Position numbers and translations under genes: made by a program. A stretch of 64,000 nt of DNA from Octopus vulgaris (taxonomy: Eukaryota): positions 45,570,001 to 45,634,000 of the forward strand of contig OX597830.1 of the NCBI GenBank assembly GCA_951406725.2. Direction: 5' to 3'. The notes under the pieces are model-generated. The model did no database searches. It worked only from the letters and a program-made list of their open reading frames with translations, and was not told the origin of the DNA. Numbering within the stretch: the stretch's first letter is position 1; the number at the start of each line of letters is the position of its first letter. Below are positions 25,575 through 38,600 of the stretch, piece after piece.

Positions 25575-28200
25575 TATTTATAAGCTTTGAGACCAGCGCC
25601 TGTCAGTAATTAAGTTCTGCTGCAAAAATTTGCAAGGGAAGTGATGCAGTGCTGCAGTGGGTTGGTTTTCTTTCTTTGGCGTTTTGCGACGAAGACCAAG
25701 ATATTTTCTTCTTCGTGTTGTTTGACTGTTCACTGAGGTTTCCCATACTGTTCTGTCCTCGCCTAACTTTTCCCAAGTCTTTGCATCGATGTGGCACTTG
25801 GTCAGGCTGCTCTTACATATGTCCTTAAATCTCAGCTTTGAAAATTCTGGATCTGCTACTCTAAGCCAACTCACCATATAACAACCGTCTGGAAATTCTA
25901 TTGTCATCCATCTGCTTCACATTTCCGAGCCATTTAAATCCCCTTTTGCTTGGAAGTACTGCCTGTTTTAAGACTTCTATGTTGGTTACTTCGTCTTGTC
26001 ACGTAATGCCAAGGATCTTGCGCAGACATCTCAGATGAAAAACATTGAGCTTCTCTTGTCCTATGTATTGTGTCCAAATCTCTGATCTATAGGGGAGGGT
26101 ATTCAGTATACATTCTTCATAAATCCTGATTTTGGTTTTCACTGTATCATATTGTTCCATGCTTCTTTGCTGAGTCTATCAAAGGCTGTATCAGCTTTAC
26201 TTTTTATCGCAACACATATTTCGTAGTCTAGAGAGGTTGTTGAGTTCATCGTGAACTCAAGATAGCAGAATTTCCTTACAACCTCCAAAGGCTTGTTGTC
26301 CAGCAAGATGTTGCCTTGAGCTGTGCCATCTTGCGTCAGAATGACAGTTTTCTTAATGCTGCTTACAAGAGAAAATACTTTGCAGGCTTATAAAAGTTGC
26401 TCCGTCATTGTTTGTAGAGCATGTGGGCAACCAGGACTGCGTCGTCTGCAAAGAGGAGATCTCTGATCAGGGTTGCCTTGGTCTTTGCTCTGAGGTGTGC
26501 AATATTGAAAAGCACTCATTCTCCGGGAAAGGCTGACATCTCCGGGGGATTCCTTGAAGGCAAACTGCAACAGCATGGCAAATATGCCGAAAAGGGTCAG
26601 TGCCAGAACACAACTCTGTTTAACACCGCTTCTAATCTCAAAGCTCTCTGATGTGGAACCATCGAAATGGACCGTTGTTTTCATACCTTCACGGAAGGAC
26701 ATACGTTGAAGAGTTGGTGGACATCCAATTTTGTGAAGAACTCTGTACAATACTGATCTTCTGTATCAAACGCATTTGTTAGGTCTACAAATTCCACGTG
26801 TAGGGATCGACCTTATTTGCAACACTTTTCTTGGAGCTGTCGAATGGAAAATATCATGTCCATTGTTGAGCGGCCTGAACTGAAGTCGCGCTGACTTTCT
26901 GGAAGAACTCTCTCTGCTAACTTCTGCAGCCGTTTCAACAGTAATCGAGCAAATACACAGCAATTAAATGCCTCTGCAGTTGTTGCAATCTTCTTTGTCT
27001 CCCTTGTTCTTATACAGGCTCACTACGTTGGCATCTCTCATGTCTTGTGGGAACTCTCCATTCTTCTAACAGAGAATCAAGAACTTGTACATAGCAGAGA
27101 GGATGGTATCCTTGTTCCCTTTCACTACTTCTGCTAGTATATTGTCATTGCCAGAGGCTTTCCACTTGCGAGCTGATCAATGTTTTTGCCAGTTCCTCCT
27201 GGGTGGTTTCTTTGTCAAATTCCGTCATCTGTGCAAGTTGGGCAATTTTTGTAGGCTTTCATCCATTGATCGGTCTTGTGAGGCAGAGGCACGAGTAATG
27301 TTCAACCTATATCTCCATCCCCTAGTGTTTATCTGTGATCTGTTTTCCCGATAAGGATTTTAGCAATTCTACTTTGTTGATCTGTGGTCAAAGAGCAACT
27401 CGGGTCTTCTCATACATCCTCCTTATGTCACCAGTGTCAGAAGTCCTCTGAATGTCTGCATAAAGATTTTTCCAGTAGAAGTTAGTACATCTTCTTGCTT
27501 CTTTGTGACCCTATTTGATAGGGTCTTATTGCATGCCAGTAGAGCAGCCCATTTTCCCTCAATCAGTGGTATCAGTGATAGTTTCAATCTAGTCTGTCCG
27601 AGATACCTTTGTTGCAGCGAAGCTGAACCATAAATGGCCGTCCTAACACAAGTCCACATCTCCTCTGCGAAATTTTTATCTATTTCCAGGAGCTGATCTT
27701 TGATTTGCTTCTGAAAGACTGCTTTCAGTTCCTTGTTGCTAACATTTCTAAAGTTGATTTCTAGTTTCTTCGGCTTCTTTGATCTGTGAACGCTTTTTGG
27801 TATATTTTCGTCTTGGTGATGATCAATAAGAGGTCAATACTGCAGTCAGCACTGTGGAATGACCTTAATTGAATTTACACTGTTTAGATTACTTCTAACG
27901 ATGGCAAAATCGATTTGATGCCAATGACTAGCTTTAAGATGGTACGATGGAAGAGTCCATATGACAGTCCTTGCCATTATAGAAGATATTTGTGATGGAG
28001 AGGCGGTTACTGGAGCAGAATTCTGCAAATCAATCTCGGACCGTTTTCATTGAACTTCGCGATTCCAAAGCGGCCAAGACAAGTTGGCCATATCTGCTGA
28101 TCCGACTCAACTTTTACACTGGAGTCGCAGAGGATAAAAACTGCTTCGGCACTTTCTGTAGGTTTCCGTAGAACTTGTCCTTGTTTACATTCTCAGCTAA
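25575..28200 (-). mobile_element. Degraded RTE (BovB-like) LINE ORF2 (APE to RT to C-terminus)
   Basis: HWHQIDF, LHKIGCPPTL, SGVKQSCVLALTLF, LLFADDA, LRFKDICK remnants. Confidence 0.85.
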
Positions 28201-28202
28201 CT

Positions 28203-29720
28203 GTATTTCTTTATTTGGCCACACAGGACCTAATATAGAGGGAACGAAGGAGGACAGACAAAACACAATAGTTGGGGGAATTTAAATCGAATGAAAAAAA
28301 TACTAATGATAAATGGCAAGGGAGAACGACGTTAACTCGAACCCCACACTCCAGATAACGTCACTGAACATTTTTAGAAAGAGTTTTTAAACAGTTATGT
28401 TATTTTTGTCTCTTTCTTCCTGCTGTGTTTGTGTTGTATATTCAGTGTTATTTTTGGGGGTAACTTTTTTTGCTGTCTGTGTTTGTAATGATTTTGTTTG
28501 CGTTCGTATCTGTTCTTGTGCGTTTATTTTTGTTCCTGCTGTGTGTTGTATATTCAGCGTTCTTTTTTGGGGTATCTTTTTCCATTTTGTTGTCTGCATT
28601 TGTAATGTCTTTTATCTGCGTTCGTATCTGTTCTCGTGCATTCGTTTTTAAGCATCTTGTGTTTGTTGGAGGAAGAGAACAACTTTTGCTTTCCTTTTCC
28701 TCCTTGCAACTGATCAATTCCTCTTCACTTACCTCGGTAGATGTGGACGGTCCAGTTTCCTCCGGTGCGCAATTCCCCTTCTCCACTGTCTTCTCCGCCT
28801 CTCCCTGCTTCTCTAACTCCTCACCTGGAGGTTCCTGTTTAGGCTTCTCTTGCTGCTCCTTTGATTTAACCTGTTTTTTCCCCTTGTGCTTCATGCACAA
28901 GGGTATGGGGGCACATTTTTTTATGTGCCCTTTCAGTCGACACTCGAAACATCTTGGGAGTCTGCCCCGGATCGAGTTGTCTCCTCCAGCAGAATTATTA
29001 AGTCAGGAATTTCCTCCAGTTCTGCTAGTGTGGCTTGAATTGTCGCTCGAAGACTCCCGCCACACCAGTTCTGCACTTTTTACTCCTCGAACTCCAGCAG
29101 TGTTACCACCTCCTTGATATTGGAGGAAGCGGCTGCCAGAAGCCACACCGATCTGATTTCAGGTGGATAACTTCCTATTGCGATTTTTGTGGTTCTTTTG
29201 CCAAGGTATGAAGATAACACAGCCAGCTTGTTTGCCTGTATGGTCATCGCGAAATCATCCCTAGCATCGTATTCTGACATGAATTGTACCTCCACGGTAC
29301 CGAATTTCTTACCTCTTTTCATGAAAGCCACCGTGAACAAAATAGGCTTTGGTAGACGCTGTGTCTATTTTCTTTGTTTTAGGAGATAGTGTTCTATGAA
29401 TTATCGTTCTTATTCTCGGTTCATCTGTGGCTTCTTTGGGTGGAGTTACTCTCACATTTGCTCCCTTCTCGCAGAATTGGTTGAAAATTTTCCACGCCGT
29501 CTGGCCTGGCATATCTTCTTTGCTTTTTACCGACCGTTGCTGCATAATCGTCCACACATTCTTCCGAGTCGCTTTCGTACTCCGCGTCGACGCTCTCCAG
29601 GAGCTCCAACACTTAATACAAATAACAAATCATTTTGTGCGGGCACAATTCCCACACAAAATGCTAACAATTCGGCCCTAACGGGGGGAACAACAGGAGT
29701 ACCAAGCCTGTTCCGGCGCA
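28203..29720 (-). mobile_element. ORF1-only L1/Tx1-like element, copy 1
   Basis: ORF1-like remnants (FGTVEVQF..YLGKRTTKIAI, knuckle CFECRLKGH) followed directly by a 3' end AATAAAGAAATA; no RT seen; paralogous to 30240-32345. Confidence 0.65.
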
Positions 29721-29738
29721 CAATGTGTCGAAAGACAA

Positions 29739-30138
29739 CTCTCTTTACTCTTTTACTTGTTTCAGTCATTTGACTGCGGCCATGCTGGAGCACCGCCTTT
29801 AGTCGAGCAAATCGACCCTGGGACTTATTCTTTGTAAGCCCAGTACTTATTCTATCGGTCTCTTTTGCCGAACCGCTAAGTGACGGGGACGTAAACACAC
29901 CAGCATCGGTTGTCAAGCAATGCTAGGGGGACAAACACAGACACACAAACATATACACACACATACATACATATACATATATACGACAGGCTTCTTTCAG
30001 TTTCCGTCTACCAAATCCACTCACAAGGCATTGGTCGGCTCGGGGCTATAGCAGAAGACACTTGCCCAAGATGCCACGCAGTGGGACTGAACCCGGAACC
30101 ATGTTGGTTAGCAAGCTACTTACCACACAGCCACTCCA
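29739..30138 (-). mobile_element. SINE family A copy
   Basis: Very similar to the reverse complement of 433-838. Confidence 0.88.
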
Positions 30139-30239
30139 GTTTTTTTTTTAAAACATGAGGTAGTCCCAAAGGGAACAGCTGCAACATAATGACGTCAAAC
30201 AAATAACCAACCGCAACACAAAGGCGTAGCTCGCTGACT

Positions 30240-32345
30240 GTATTTCTTTATTTGGCTATACAGGGCCTAACATAGAGGGAAGAGACAAGGACAGACAAAA
30301 CACAAAAGTGTGGGAAAATAAAATCGAACGAAAAGAATGGTAATGACAAATGAAAAGGTGGAACGACGTTAACTCGAACCCCACACTCCAGATAACGCCA
30401 TTGAACATTTTTAGAAAGTCTTTATGCATTTTTAAATATTTTTGTCGTTTTGTCCTTGCTGTGTGTTGCATGTTCAGTGTTATTTTAGCGGGTATCTTTT
30501 TCCTTTTTGCTGTCTGCGTTCGTATCTGTCCTTGTGCATCGTTTTTAAAACTTTGGTGTTTGTTTGGACGAAGAGAACGAGAACTTATCGTTCCACTTCC
30601 TCCCTGCAACTGACCATTCCTCCTCACCTCGGTAGATGTGGACGGTCCAGCTTCCTCCCGCGCGCAATTCTCCTTCTCCACTGTCTTCTCTTCCTCCTCA
30701 CCTGCAGCTTCCTCGTTCGGCTTCTCTTGCTGTTTCTTTGGTTCATCCGGGGTTTTTTTTCTTGTCCTTCTGGTTTGAAGGGTCTGGGGACACGTTTTTC
30801 TTGAGTGTCCCTTCAGTCGGCACTCGAAACATCTTGGGATTCTACCTGGACCGAGACTCTCATTTCTGTCTGCTCCAGCAGAATTAGAAATTCTCGAATT
30901 TCATTCAGTTCCGATGGTGTGACTTGAACTGTCGCCCTGAAGACTCTTGCCACACTGGTTCTGCACTTTTTTCTCCTCCAACTCCAGCAGTATCACTGCC
31001 TTCTTGATAGTGGAGCAAGCAGTTGCAAGAAGCCACGCCAATCTAAGTTCAGGTGAATAAGCTATTGCAATTGACAGTAAAGGAGCCAACTCGTTCTTCT
31101 GCGGGGGTGATCGCGGAATCATCCCTAGCTTAGTATTTTTGACAGGCATTGTACTTCCATGGTACCGAATTTCTTTCCTCTTTTCATGAATGCTATCTTG
31201 AACAAAATAAGGCCTTTTCAATTTCTTTGGTAGACGCTATGTCTATTTTCTTTGTTTTAAGAGCTAGTACCGTAAATCCTTGAGTATAATACGCAGACGA
31301 TTTTTAGGGAGCTGTACCTCTGAAAAACCTAAACCTTGTGTATAATACGAACCCCTTCTCTAATTTGAGTCAAGGTCTATATAACGTCCTTGGTTTGTAA
31401 AAATGTATACGGTAACGTCCTTTATTATTGTTGTATATATATAACATAATGGAAACATGTAGCTTTTCAAATTTTCTTCCGGCGGCCCTATTACCATGCT
31501 TTTCAGCATATAACTTCAAGTTTAAACATAGCTGAATAAGATCTACGAGTCATTTTATGTATAAAATGTTTTATTGGAGATTAATGTACAAGTTTAAGTC
31601 CTGCTTATAAAAAAAAAATCCCTAGTAAAGACCCACAGTAGTTCAAACATATAATACTGGTATTTAATTAAGTAGCTATTGTTTGTCACAGTAATGATGC
31701 AAACTGCCAATACAAGCAGCAGGATGAACTACTTAGCGCTAAACTATTTAACACAATTTGTGCATAATTAAGCCAGCAGCACCTAGTCGAACAAACACTT
31801 CCGCGCATGTGTAATACAATAATGGTGATGTTCTTAACTGTTATAGGGGAATGTAAATATGTTTGCAAATTGTTTTTGTTATATGTGATTCTGTTCTGAA
31901 TACTTTTATTTTAATAAATGTTGCTTACTGCAAGTTATGGATGATTCTTTTATGACTTCATTGCTTTCAAGCTTAACTTAAAGTATTTTCGTGCCCGACA
32001 TCACAAAATGCTTCTGAATAAACATTGCCGGACAGCAAATAGAGACTCGGACATTGCTTAGAAAATATTTTTCATTTTTAACCACTAGGGATTATGACCT
32101 TTAAATTTTGGGGAAAAAATGTGGATTATACTCGAGGATTTATGATATTCTATAAATTATCATTCTTTTTTATGTTTCCTTTGTGGCTTCTTTGCTCCCT
32201 CTCCCCACAGAATTGGTTGAAATTTTTCCGCGGCCTCTCACCCCATGTTGTATTTACTGACTGCTGCTGCATAATCTTCCACACTTTCTTCCAAGTCCAC
32301 ACTCTCCAGGAGCTCCAAAACTTCATGCAAATCACTAGTCATTTC
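30240..32345 (-). mobile_element. ORF1-only L1/Tx1-like element, copy 2 (split by a MITE)
   Basis: Intact CX2CX4HX4C (CFECRLKGHSRKTC); colinear with copy 1 on both sides of the 31270-32145 insertion. Confidence 0.65.
31270..32145. mobile_element. Tc1/pogo-type non-autonomous DNA transposon, TA target duplication
   Basis: TA|ccgtaaatccttgagtataatacgc ... gtggattatactcgaggatttatga|TA; absent from the paralogous copy near 29390. Confidence 0.8.
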
Positions 32346-32361
32346 GTACAAAGACAAGACA

Positions 32362-32421
32362 TTTATTAACAAATAAGTAAACAAGGGCAGAAACAAATTG
32401 AAAAGATAATTTTCCTTTATT
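32362..32421 (-). terminator. Candidate MARS1 polyadenylation signals (AATAAA at 32416-32421 and 32362-32367)
   Basis: tttatt on the plus strand 100-160 nt downstream of the stop codon. Confidence 0.55.
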
Positions 32422-32520
32422 GATGGGATTTCTTTGTTTTCATTCGGTAGTTTGACAAAACCATAGCAGTTTAGTCAAACGATACACTATTTGGAAAAAT
32501 TGTGGCTTCCAAATAACTGA

Positions 32521-32676
32521 TCACTTCTTTTTGTTTTTCTTTTTATTCCCAAGAGAAGCTGGATCAATTCCTTGTTTCAGAGCAAGTTGGCGCTTTAAGT
32601 CTAAAAGCTTAGCAACTTCACCATCAATGACACTTTTCTCAGCTTTATTGGCTTTCAGTTCCCGCACTTTGAGACC
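32521..32676 (-). CDS. MARS1: MARS1 last coding exon, WHEP domain plus basic tail ([51 protein letters not shown])
   Basis: QG-x-x-VRELKA...[12 protein letters not shown] consensus; TGA at 32521-32523. Confidence 0.96.
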   Translation of the reverse strand, partial: GLKVRELKANKAEKSVIDGEVAKLLDLKRQLALKQGIDPASLGNKKKNKKK

Positions 32677-35600
32677 CTAAAATATAAATGGACATCATTC
32701 AGAATTAAAACATGAACACATTTCAATTTTTAACTAACAAAAACTATGCTTCTGTAAAAATGTTTTTATTCTTTGGTTTCAGTCACAAGCCTATACCTTG
32801 GGGCTCTGCCTTCATGGATTTCAAGTAGTTGACTGTTTCCAGTTTTTTGACTGACTAAAGGCACTTTTGGCAGACATACAGTGGCACACTGGTAAACAAA
32901 CTTCCAAACAAATGTGTGTGTGTTTACTGGTGTGTCACTGTCTGTTTCTCAAAAGTGTATATATATCATATGAGTGCATGTGGCCAAGTGGTTAGGGTGT
33001 TGTACTTGTGATTGCAAGACTGTGGTTTCAATTCCTAGACCGGGTGGTACACTGTGTTCTTGAGCCAAACACTTCATCTTGCATTGCTCTATAATCACTT
33101 TAACACCTATTTCTTTACTACCCACAAGGGGCTAAACACAGAGGAGACGGAGTAAGTCGATTATATCGACCCCAGTGCGTAACTGGTACTTAATTTATCA
33201 ACCCCGAAAGGATGAAAGGCAAAGTCAACCTCGGCGAAATTTGAACTCAGAACGTAACAGCAGACAAAATACCACTGAGTGTTTCGCCTAGCGTGCTAAC
33301 GATTCTGCCAGCTCGCCACCTTAACACCTGATTCATGGTACACCGTGCACCTGTTCAGACTTTGATGGAGAGAGTGAGCCAATGTATGGCACAAGCATTT
33401 GATCTCACTATAATGAACAAATCATTTGTGCAGGTCTTTCGGCAAATGCCAAATGCTCATACATTGTCTTCGATGGAAGAGTCCATCATAGATAGAGATC
33501 CAACGAACTAGTGTAGGAAGCTTCAAGGCTGTCCATGATAGGTATAAAAAAAATATAATTAAGGTATACTCGGCCTGGTGAGTAGCTAGCTGATTACCCC
33601 TCATTCAGTAATTATTACATCAGAGGATCTGCCAGCTAAGAAACATATATATCATCATCATCATCATCATCGTTTAACGTCCGTTCTCCATGCTAGCATG
33701 GGTTGGACGGTTCGACCGGGGATCTGGGAAGCCAGAAGGCTGCACCAGGCTCCAGTCTTATCTGGCAATGTTTCTACAGCTGGATGCCCTTCCTAATGCC
33801 AACCACTCCGTGAGTGTAGTGGGTGCTTTTTACGTGCCACCCGCACAGGTGCCAGACAGAGCTGGCAAACGGCCACAAACGTATGGTGCTTTTACGTGTC
33901 ACCGGCACGGGGGCCAGGCGAGGCTGGCAACGGACACAAACAGATGGTGCTTTTACGTGCCACCAACACGGGGGCCAGACAGAGCTGGCAAACGGCCCAT
34001 ATATATATGTAAGCTTCCACAGTTTTTGTTAACCAAATGTCATGCCGAAGGCTTTCATCAATCTGTGGCTACAATAGTAAACATTAGCCCAAAGTGCAAT
34101 TCAGCAGCATCCAGTCTTGGGACTATGTGCTTCTGAAACAAACAAATTAATCACAGACTTTATGTTTGCGTCTAAGTTTAAACATTAACAGGCCAGAAAC
34201 ATGTTACTATATTTAAAATAATTCTATATTTAAAACAGGATCTTTATCTAACCCTTTAACATTCAAATTGGCCATATTCAGCCAACTTATTTCTGTCTAA
34301 AACATGTTTTTATATTTAAACTTGGTAATAAAAGTTTGTTTTGAAAAGAGATTATTTGCTTTAAAAAAATTGACTCTGCAATACTTACAACTCCCAGGTG
34401 CACACCCGTGCATCATTACTCGACCTACAAGAAATAGCAGCTAAATCTTCTTCAAACCACATCTTACTACGTTCAAAAGAATCATATCTAAAAAGGTGGG
34501 ATAATCATGGTTGGAATGTCTTTGGTTAAAGATCAACTTAATCACAACTTATCTGGATCTAAACAACCTTACGCTCAGTAATTACGATTACAAAAGTTTC
34601 AAATCGATTACCTGTTCTGTTACTAACTGGTTTAAAGTGTCTACGTCTGCTTCTGAACCAAGTGTGGCAGCTGCAGCTTGGTCGGTCTAAAAATAAGAAA
34701 CAAAACAAATCTTTTAAGGGTCAAAATAAACCTACTTATACCATGGGTGCAGGCATAGTTGTGCGACGTTTGCTTCCCACCCACATGGCTCCAAGTTCAG
34801 TTCCACTATGTGGCACCTTGGACTGACCAAAAAGCCTTGTGAGTGGATTTGGTGGATGGAAACTGAGAGAAGCCCGTCGTGAGTGTGTGTATATGTATAT
34901 ATATATATATATAAACAAAAATTTTATATCTTGGACATAGTTACCCAAGGTTTCGCATCCAATACTTGTCAGACTACATAAATACAAAATTTAAAATATC
35001 TGTCGCAGACATGAGGAAATGCTCCAAACTTGAGGAATAGATCTTAAAATGGGAGATCCAATTCCTTTTTCTGCTTCTGTTCTTGCTACATAAACACGTT
35101 GCTTAGTTTGCCTTTTAGCTACCTGATATGGTTCTTTACAACCTCCATCTTTCTACACCTGTCTCTTCTCTTTTATGGTCCTCTCAACATCACCCTTGGT
35201 CTGGCTGAAGATTTCTCAAATATAAACTATTCTTTATCAAATCTTTCTCCTAGAAAAGCAGTCTTTTAATTCTTTTATTCATTTCAGCCATTAGACTATG
35301 GCCATGCTAAAGTACTACTTTCATGGGTTTTAGTCCATTATAAGCATAAGTTAATTCGTTCCCTTCTTGCCAAAACTCCAACAAGTAATAGTTCCTATCA
35401 CTCTCCAAACCCAAGTTCTATTCCAGTCCATTGCACTGCTTTACCTTACCTAGAATGGAGGGTGGTCCTGCAAGACAACCATTCCTCTATCTCCAAATTT
35501 TGTAATGAGATTATCAAATAAACAAATCGTAGAAGTAAGGAGTAAAAGTTGTTGCAGAGAAATCCTTCGAAACACAAAAAGAATTACTAACTTTGTTTGA

Positions 35601-38600
35601 TGCTGCTGCCGTTGGTGTTGGTGCTGGACAAAACTTTTTCTTCAGTCCTTGGATGAAGTCAGTTTCTAACTTTTGAAATAATGGCCTTGGCTGTTAAAAA
35701 GAAAATTTTTTAATTAAAAAAAAAAAAAGGTAAATTTTAGTTTATTTAATATGAACACAACCAACAGGTGTCAATATCAATATTTTGATAGTTGACAATT
35801 AAAAAAAATGCATTCAAATAAAAGAAAATTTCGAACATTGGCAACATAACAATATGATGGCTACTAAAAATCAATAAAAATTCCATTGACTCAGAAATGC
35901 ATTGATTGCTCTCCAGTTCCAGTCTTCATAAAATTAATAGAACTTCACCTGCAACACATGGCATTAATATAACCAGCTTTTACAACCCCAAATCCAAGTT
36001 TTTCTAAACCAATAATAAAATAAATGATATATCACTTGGACTCTCAGAAGTTTATTGCAAAATGTTAATAATACCTACCTTACCAATTTTATGTCCAGTT
36101 AATAAATAACAGGAAAAATTATTAAGAATCACATTTTTCTCAGGAGGAAATTGCATTTGTAATTGAATGGTGGCACTTGTCTGAGGCATAAATGGTTGCA
36201 GCAGCACTGATAAAAGAGCTGCGATATTGCTGGATAAACTGACAATTGTGCCAGCACGTTGCCTGTAAGAGAGAAAAAATAAAGTTTGGTTACTTAACTG
36301 AGGCAAAATTAAATAACAGTAATAATGCTGTTTTATCGTTGCATTCTATTTGAAAACAGCAGTAAACAATCTGATTAAACAAGCTTCACAAAAAATAAGA
36401 CCACTGTCACCATCATTTAACGTCCCCCACCTCCCACACTGCCATGGGTTGGACAGTCTGACAGGAGCTGGTCAGGCAGGAGACTGCACCAGACTTCTGT
36501 CCATTTTGGCATGGTTTTTACGACGGGATGCCCTTCCTTACATCAACAATACCCAGCAGAGTGGACTGTAAGAGGAAATATTAGGGAATGGCTTGTGAAT
36601 GCCATACAAGCCTGTACAGGGGAACTGTCAGCCATGAGTACAGGTAAGAGTTCATTATGGTTTGGTACTCAGTCACCCATTATTTCTGATAATCTTCCAG
36701 CTCATCATCATCATCATTATTTAACATCCGCTTTCCATGCTGGTATGGGTTGGACGGTTTGACTGAAAACAGGTAAGCCGGGGAGCTACACCAGCTTCCA
36801 ATCTGATTTGGCGTAGTTTCTACACCAACCACTCCAAGAATGTAGTGGGTGTTTTTTTACAAGCCACCAACATAGGTGCCATTGACCTGACACCAGCATC
36901 AACCACAATTACAGTCTCACTTGACTGGTCTACACAAGCACAGTATATCGCCAAAGGTCTTGGTCACCTGTCACTGCCTCCATGAGGCCCAAAGTTCGAA
37001 GTATGCATTTTACATGCCACTGGCACAAGTGCCAGTCAGACGGCACTGGCATCAGCCATGACTACAATTTCACTCGGCTTGACAGGTCTTCACAAGCACA
37101 GTATATCACCCAATGTTTGATGGATGCTTTTAATGGGCCCAGTTACATGGCGCTGGCATCAGCCATGACAAAAATCTCACTTGGCTTGATGGCCATAACA
37201 GAGGTATTTCAGGTCAGCTGCCCTTGGGAGCTACTATATGCTGATGAGCTGATTCTTATACTGGAATTTTTAACAGACTTAGAAAAGAAATTCCAGGCTT
37301 GGAAGCAAAACCTGAGTCTGAAGGGCCTTAAAAATTAACCTAGAAAAGAGCAAAATTGTAGTAAGCAAGAAAACAGATAAGGTTCTCTCCCCATCAGGTA
37401 AGTAGCCCAGCTCGATAAGAAAGCTGTAGAAAGGAACATGCCATACAGTGTACCCAATACAAGCTATGAACACACACGAGCTGCAGTAGAATGAAAGGTT
37501 AATGGAGAAAGTAGTTAGTGGTATATGGAATGTGTGAAGGAGCAAATAAACAGAGGGCACACTTGAATCTGATTTTCTCAAATGGCCAGGAAGTTCATTA
37601 GAAGTAGCAGATAGTTTGTTACCAAGGTAACCTAATTAGCAGTGGAGGAGGATGTTCTGAAAGAGTAGTCACTAGAATAAGAATTGGCTGGAGAAAGCCC
37701 AGACATCTAACACCTCTGTTGGTGACAAAACATGTTTTCTGTCAGAGTGGAAGGCAGACTGTACGATGCTTGGTAGTGAAACAAGACGGCGAGCTGGCAG
37801 AAACGTTAGCACGCCAGGCGAAATGCTTAGCGATATTTCGTCTGCGTTACGTTGTGAGTTCAAATTCCGCCGAGGTCGACTTTGCCTTTCATCCTTTCGG
37901 GGTCGATAAATTAAGTACCAGTTACGCACTGGGGTCGATGTAATCGACTTAATACCTATGTCTGTCCTTGTTTGTCCCTTCTGTGTTTAGCCCCTTGTGG
38001 GTAATAAAGAAATAGGTAGTGAAACATGGCCTGTGAATGCAGGGGACATGCAAAGCTTCAGAAGAAATGATGCCAGCGTGTTCAATTGTAAATACATCAG
38101 TGTGCATGGACACCAAAATGCAATACATTGAGAAAAAATTAGGCATAAGAGGAATCAGATGTAGTGTGCAAGAGAAAAGACTGTGCTGATATGGCCATGT
38201 GATGGATGAGGACTTGCTGCATACAGAAGAGATCACTTAAAGTGAATGGAACTTGTGGAAGAAGAATACCCAGACAGCTGTCAACTCAGATAGCTGGTGT
38301 GTCTGTAGAGGTTGCATTAGGAAGACTCTCCTTCTCTCATACATTCTCCACATTTAACAGCCTCTCAGACAGACAATTCCATACCTCTTTCTTTACAGAA
38401 TACCCATGTGCAAGTGCCACATCATCCACCCAAACACACTTCTCTCTTACAATATCACGATTCTCTCTTGACATGCTGTCTTGCAATCCAGAACATCTCA
38501 TGCCTCTCTGGTCCGTAGAACATTCTCAAACTTTTTCCTTTCTGCTTCTCCCGTAGCTAATTATATCATTGCCTAGCTTCTCTTCTAATTACCTGCCTTC

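Noticed and set aside
28470-29117. 215-aa hydrophobic plus-strand ORF as a membrane protein
   Set aside because: Antisense shadow of the A-rich ORF1-like element
33690-34136. Recurrent ORFs containing [18 protein letters not shown] (also 53537, 56101, 58492, 62098)
   Set aside because: Antisense translations of the family B RTE 3' UTR, with frames not conserved; not a gene family
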